From sequence record NC_028787.1: DNA of 28,489 nt; one strand, written 5' to 3'. Below are positions 24,072 through 28,489 of the stretch, piece after piece; position 1 is the stretch's first letter; each line of letters starts with the position of its first letter. The translations under genes and the position numbers were made by a program. The notes under the pieces are model-generated. The model saw only the letters and a list, made by a program, of their open reading frames with translations. It had not been told where the DNA came from and did not search any database.

Positions 24072-24599
24072 ATGTCAGAAACTACATCTGAACTACTATC
24101 TGAATTACTCACAGAACTAACAGTTTCATTATTTCCACAGATAAACATAATCTGCTCTCTATTACCGCCCGTCTTCACAAATTTAGTTGATGTTTTAATT
24201 AATTTACCAATTATCTTACTTTACTTAATTACGTTACCAGTTAGGTTTTTCGTTTGTTTCTTAGCCCAATTGATTAATGTGTCACCATGGTGTCTAATCT
24301 TTAACCTATTCCCTATGATTTCAATGGTATGTCCATTCTTGACCGCTTCTCCAAGTGAGTATAGTTGTTATGGAAATTGTCCATACTGTGTATCTAGTGA
24401 ATGTGTTCAATTCCCTCCATGTTTCTCTATACTTTGTACCGCATGTAAGTATTCAATCTTCAATAAAATCTTCTGTGATTTTGGTGTAGTTCTATTATCA
24501 ATGATACAACCACTAACTGTATTAATCAACATTATCACAGTACCAATTTTCCACAAAGCATTATGCCTAAACGTTAATCCAGAAATCTGCAACGGGTGA
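24072..24599 (+). CDS. Cys-rich membrane protein, family H (175 aa)
   Basis: CSLLPP...DVLINLPIILL..LPVRFFVCF; 14 Cys counted. Confidence 0.85.
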   Translation: MSETTSELLSELLTELTVSLFPQINIICSLLPPVFTNLVDVLINLPIILLYLITLPVRFFVCFLAQLINVSPWCLIFNLFPMISMVCPFLTASPSEYSCYGNCPYCVSSECVQFPPCFSILCTACKYSIFNKIFCDFGVVLLSMIQPLTVLINIITVPIFHKALCLNVNPEICNG

Positions 24600-24603
24600 A
24601 ATC

Positions 24604-25716
24604 ATGGGCTGTCAAACATACAATCTTTCCTATGGTGCAGTACCACTTTGTAAATGTACTAAAGGAATCCAACCATTATGTAAACCAGTTGTACCTTATA
24701 CACCACCAACTCTTCAATGTCCAAGTGAAACTATTGAATTCACACCTAACCCGTTCTGTGATCTATTACCTCCAGATGTATTTGATAGTCTACCCGATTT
24801 TCTGATCAATTTACCAATAGTATTACTTTTTATTGTATCTATGCCCGCACGTTTTCTTTACTGCTTTGCCTATAACCTATTATTCTATTTTGATGAACTT
24901 GTCCAAATTTTCCTAACATACTTTTACTTACCATTACTTGATTTTGCTACTGCTCCATTTCTTTATTTCACTGTAGGTTTCACTTATGGAATAAATAATG
25001 TAATTCCTCCACCGTTACCCGGTTTATGGGGGTATGTGCAAAACGCATGTGTAACTGGTATTTTTGCCACAATTTATAGAATTTGGGGTGGTCTCTGGTA
25101 TTATTTAGGATACGCTAACGGATTCCTATCTGGACTATTAATTGACCTTGTAGATTTCATTTTATACGGATTATGTTACATAGCATACCTCACAATTAAT
25201 TTAGGTTTCTGTATAGCAATCAACTTTGTATTAGGTTCATTTAGTGGAGGAATAGAAGTCTCAATTCAACCATTCAGTCTACTACAGTATTTCCTATGTA
25301 ACATAGTTAATTGTGGATGTGTATTAGGTTCACCTCCACAAGTAGATGCAGTGTTCTGTATTTCAATCTTTGAACCATGCCCAAGTTGTTGTAACTGTGG
25401 ATTTGGTTATCAACCACCACAATGTCCTGCTATACCAGGTGAACAGCTACCACAAGTCTCCATACCAGTTATTTCAGCCATACTTTCAGAAATTTATGAA
25501 CTATCTGGATGCATACCATTACAAGGACAAAGTGATCAATGTTATTGTCTAAAAGTTTACTCAGAAAATTATTACTGTCAACCAATACACAGTGATAACA
25601 CATGCTTATGCATACCGGTTTTTGAAACGTCTGAAAGTTCAGAATCTAGTGAATCATCTGAAACTTCAGACTCAAATGACCCATCAACATTACCAAAATA
25701 CTATGATAGCTCTTAG
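24604..25716 (+). CDS. Cys-rich multi-pass membrane protein with SSE-repeat tail, family H (370 aa)
   Basis: CDLLPP...DFLINLPIVLL..MPARFLYCF; about 25 Cys; ETSESSESSESSETS tail. Confidence 0.88.
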   Translation: MGCQTYNLSYGAVPLCKCTKGIQPLCKPVVPYTPPTLQCPSETIEFTPNPFCDLLPPDVFDSLPDFLINLPIVLLFIVSMPARFLYCFAYNLLFYFDELVQIFLTYFYLPLLDFATAPFLYFTVGFTYGINNVIPPPLPGLWGYVQNACVTGIFATIYRIWGGLWYYLGYANGFLSGLLIDLVDFILYGLCYIAYLTINLGFCIAINFVLGSFSGGIEVSIQPFSLLQYFLCNIVNCGCVLGSPPQVDAVFCISIFEPCPSCCNCGFGYQPPQCPAIPGEQLPQVSIPVISAILSEIYELSGCIPLQGQSDQCYCLKVYSENYYCQPIHSDNTCLCIPVFETSESSESSESSETSDSNDPSTLPKYYDSS

Positions 25717-25746
25717 TACTTTTATTTTAATCTAAGATGAAGAAAG

Positions 25747-27636
25747 ATGTATGTTCAAAACTCAAAGGTACTTACCAAAATTCCTAACCTAATTTCTACA
25801 ATCCCATCTGTACCTGAAGAATTAAAAGAAGTAGATACTCCTTATGGAAACAAAGTTACTATTTATAATTTTGCCTACTTTTTCTCTAATCCTCTAATTC
25901 TACCATTTAAAATTACATTTGATGCCATAATTTATGGAAACATTTCAATTGGATCCCAAACTGTAAATGAAAAAACAATTAGTCTAGTAACAATTACAAA
26001 TGAAGACAAACTTTCAATCTCTGGAAATGGAGTGGTTATCCTTTGGTATAGATACAATAATAACATCCCTCTATTTGATTCAGTCATCAACTATGCAATT
26101 CAACAACGAGATTATGTATTAACTGACGCATTAATTCACACTTTATCTATTTCAGAAGCAATTAAATTTATTCTAGACCACCCATGTATACAAAATGAAT
26201 TTGCAAAAGGCTTAGATTGGCAATTGTCAAAGATAGGGTTTAATGAATTCCTCAAATACATAAATAATGAACCTTACAACCCGCGTGATTTAGCATTCTT
26301 CTTAACCATTTCCTCATTCCTGTTTCCCCGCATACTCAACGAATACAACATACCAATTTATAGTGGAAAAGTAACAGATGTTTACGCTAAGTATTTAGAA
26401 TTACTTGGTTATCCTATCACTTCTGAAATTGAAGAGCTATCTGAACAATTAACCGCCACTCAAAATGTTGTTAATGCATTAATTGGAATAACTGCTTTAC
26501 AAGGATCTGAAATAGAATCATTATCTGAACAAATCGTATCTCTATCTGAAAGTTGTATTGAGTGTTCTGAAAATTTAAGTGAACTAGAAATACAAACAAC
26601 TAATGAATTTGATTATCTAAAAATTAGAATAAAACTACTCCAATCTACTATTCAACAATTAGCCCAAATTGTAGAACAATTGATCTCTCAACAGTCTGAA
26701 CAACAATTTGAATTCTACTTCAATACATTAGATAATGTTCAAAACTTGTTAACTGTAGCTCAATTAGTAACTCAACATTATAAACATCATGAAGGAATTA
26801 CCTTAGCACGTCCTCACTTATACGATTGGGCTTACCAAGTATTAGTAAACCTAGTCAATAGTAATTTTAGTAACATTTTACCCGCATCAAATAACTATCC
26901 AGAATACACCCAAGAAACTCAAATTTTACAAGAATACTTGGATAAATCTGTTCAGTGTTTTGCAAAGGCATTCATTCAGTACTTACAATCTGAAGCAAAG
27001 AACATTATTGGTCAACCAGTAGCTCAAAACGTTTTAGTTTTGTTCTCCTTAGTAGTAGAAGGACTAACCCTTTATGGTTGTTACCAAGTAAGATCTCAAA
27101 ACAATAGTGAATACTTAGAAGGTTTACAAGCATACGTAACACAAGGATTGTATTATGCGTTAGGAGTAAAAGAATCGTTAGCCCAAAATGGTGTTATACA
27201 AAGCAATTTAGTTAATGTACAAAGTGCTATTATTGAATCTGCTTGTAACCATGATTGGACAACCTTCAATGCGTCAAAAATTAGTCAAGAGTATCCGTGT
27301 TATTCAACCCAAGTCACAGAAATCTATAATTCCTACCAGTTCTTCAAAAACATAGCTAATTCATGGTTATCATCATTCGAAAGTGTAGAACCCCTAATTG
27401 ACCAAAACTTATACGATGCAGTTGAATTATTAATTGGTACATTAATGGAATACGCTTATGCTTTAGCAGAATTAGGTTATCCGCCTGCATGCCCCAATCA
27501 ACAGAATGTACAGACAGCTAATAATACTTTAAGTGGATTAATAGGATTAGTTCTCAACACTGTTATTAACATTGTTTCAACAATTCTAAGCAGTATACTT
27601 AACCTACTAAACGGTTTACTAAATTCACTCTTATAA
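25747..27636 (+). CDS. Large coiled-coil protein, probable virion component (629 aa)
   Basis: Beta-rich N-terminus, central heptads with a 28-aa repeat, amphipathic C-terminal helix. Confidence 0.6.
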   Translation: MYVQNSKVLTKIPNLISTIPSVPEELKEVDTPYGNKVTIYNFAYFFSNPLILPFKITFDAIIYGNISIGSQTVNEKTISLVTITNEDKLSISGNGVVILWYRYNNNIPLFDSVINYAIQQRDYVLTDALIHTLSISEAIKFILDHPCIQNEFAKGLDWQLSKIGFNEFLKYINNEPYNPRDLAFFLTISSFLFPRILNEYNIPIYSGKVTDVYAKYLELLGYPITSEIEELSEQLTATQNVVNALIGITALQGSEIESLSEQIVSLSESCIECSENLSELEIQTTNEFDYLKIRIKLLQSTIQQLAQIVEQLISQQSEQQFEFYFNTLDNVQNLLTVAQLVTQHYKHHEGITLARPHLYDWAYQVLVNLVNSNFSNILPASNNYPEYTQETQILQEYLDKSVQCFAKAFIQYLQSEAKNIIGQPVAQNVLVLFSLVVEGLTLYGCYQVRSQNNSEYLEGLQAYVTQGLYYALGVKESLAQNGVIQSNLVNVQSAIIESACNHDWTTFNASKISQEYPCYSTQVTEIYNSYQFFKNIANSWLSSFESVEPLIDQNLYDAVELLIGTLMEYAYALAELGYPPACPNQQNVQTANNTLSGLIGLVLNTVINIVSTILSSILNLLNGLLNSLL

Positions 27637-27654
27637 TGAAATAAGGTGATAACA

Positions 27655-27792
27655 ATGCAGGCTATCATTTTACTTATACTTTTATTCATAATCCTGATCT
27701 ATGCCCCTCCATTTAATCTAAAATTCAAAATAAATAATAAAGAAGTAATAATTGAAACCAGTGAGATACAATCATCAGAATCTAGTGAGTAA
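27655..27792 (+). CDS. Small membrane protein with SSESSE tail (45 aa), not in ORF track
   Basis: GGTGA RBS; MQAIILLILLFIILIYAPPFNLKFKINNKEVIIETSEIQSSESSE. Confidence 0.7.
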   Translation: MQAIILLILLFIILIYAPPFNLKFKINNKEVIIETSEIQSSESSE

Positions 27793-27793
27793 A

Positions 27794-28078
27794 ATGAGAA
27801 AACAAGTCAAAAACTTTAAGGACGCTGTTAGATTAGCAATGGCTAAAGATCAATTAGGGTGTGATTTAATTCATTTGTATGAAGGTAGTAATCCTACAAT
27901 TGACGCCTACATTCAATTTCTAACGTGTGTCTATTGTTATGAATACTGTCATCCCCAATTTGATCAGTGTGTTGAAGCTACCAGAATTCTTTATCATAAT
28001 CGTTTGATTAATTTAACAGAGTTTAGAACAGTATTAGGAAAATTATTAGCCTTAAAGAAAAGAGGTTATTTGAAGTGA
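27794..28078 (+). CDS. Cys-containing hypothetical protein (94 aa)
   Basis: ATG immediately after the previous stop; CVYCYEYC cluster. Confidence 0.75.
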   Translation: MRKQVKNFKDAVRLAMAKDQLGCDLIHLYEGSNPTIDAYIQFLTCVYCYEYCHPQFDQCVEATRILYHNRLINLTEFRTVLGKLLALKKRGYLK

Positions 28079-28082
28079 GAAC

Positions 28083-28244
28083 ATGGATTTAAACTTACTT
28101 ATTGTTGTAGGTGTGATCGTTGGAAATGAGTTACTATTATACATTTTTGATCATCTACATAATCGTAAGATGGCTCATAAACGATTTGAGAAAGCAATTA
28201 AAATTGATAATCAAATTGTTGAGAAAAATAGAAAGAAAGTGTAA
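28083..28244 (+). CDS. Small membrane protein with PVAP/P98-like motif (53 aa), not in ORF track
   Basis: TM segment followed by HLHNRKMAHKRFEKAI, versus recalled P98 HLYNEKQSNENFAKAI. Confidence 0.55.
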   Translation: MDLNLLIVVGVIVGNELLLYIFDHLHNRKMAHKRFEKAIKIDNQIVEKNRKKV

Positions 28245-28294
28245 AGAAATTACACGTGAGTAAAGTTTTTATTTTCAAGTTCATCTTTTTTCTT

Positions 28295-28423
28295 ATGCAT
28301 TACTACCTATTTTATTTAATTGTCTTGTGGATCCTTTATGCTATAATCTTACTCCTATTAGCTGATTCTGTTCACAAACAGACTAAACGAATCGTTGATG
28401 AAATGAAAAAGCGGGAAAACTAA
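28295..28423 (+). CDS. Small single-pass membrane protein (42 aa), not in ORF track
   Basis: MHYYLFYLIVLWILYAIILLLLADSVHKQTKRIVDEMKKREN; stop codon lies inside the ITR. Confidence 0.6.
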   Translation: MHYYLFYLIVLWILYAIILLLLADSVHKQTKRIVDEMKKREN

Positions 28424-28489
28424 GTTGAGAACCCTCACAGAAAACCTTAAATACCCTCACCAACAAACAACAAAATGGGATCAAAAATG
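28420..28489. repeat. Right inverted terminal repeat (70 bp)
   Basis: CTAAGTTGAG...GATCAAAAATG is the reverse complement of 1-70. Confidence 0.98.

Noticed and set aside
22198-27689. ORF-track calls 22198-22416(-), 23507-23743(-), 24407-24592(-), 24596-24805(+), 25346-25552(+) and 27498-27689(-)
   Set aside because: Antisense or out-of-frame overlaps with the tightly tiled plus-strand late genes.
27655-27792. Possible frameshift in the T-run of the 45-aa membrane gene
   Set aside because: On re-reading, the frame is continuous from ATG 27655 to TAA 27792.
1-28489. tRNA, rRNA, integrase or IS elements
   Set aside because: No cloverleaf, rRNA-like GC-rich tract, recombinase or transposase motif seen by eye; tRNAscan-SE and profile searches would be needed to exclude them formally.

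Overview
The window looks like a complete or nearly complete linear dsDNA genome of a crenarchaeal (Sulfolobales) virus. It is AT-rich and bounded by a perfect 70-bp inverted terminal repeat (1-70 / 28420-28489). The left arm carries a protein-primed family B DNA polymerase, a neighbouring terminal-protein candidate and a Cas4-like PD-(D/E)XK nuclease. Elsewhere are a GT-B glycosyltransferase, a thymidylate kinase, RHH/wHTH-type regulators, archaeal BRE/TATA promoters and GGTGA ribosome-binding sites. This gene set is the known hallmark of the bottle-shaped viruses (Ampullaviridae). From memory, unverified here, the length matches Acidianus bottle-shaped virus 3. Layout: replication module (0.5-4.2 kb); a mosaic of short, oppositely oriented early/middle units (4.2-15.2 kb); an almost entirely plus-strand late/morphogenesis block (15.2-28.4 kb) rich in small membrane and Cys-rich proteins. 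Main leads: (1) two small membrane proteins aligning with the virus-associated-pyramid egress protein (SIRV2 P98 type, sequence recalled from memory), suggesting pyramid-based release; (2) a regulon of paralogous unknown early genes sharing a TGACCCAAAATG start motif and paired CTGACAA operator-like sites, a candidate anti-defence island; (3) two adjacent, distantly paralogous candidate major structural proteins; (4) a structured non-coding left end and a GC-rich nested palindrome at 11.45-11.51 kb; (5) YSP-repeat proteins; (6) an outward-facing promoter in the ITR ending on the terminal ATG. All protein assignments come from visual motif reading; no searches were run.
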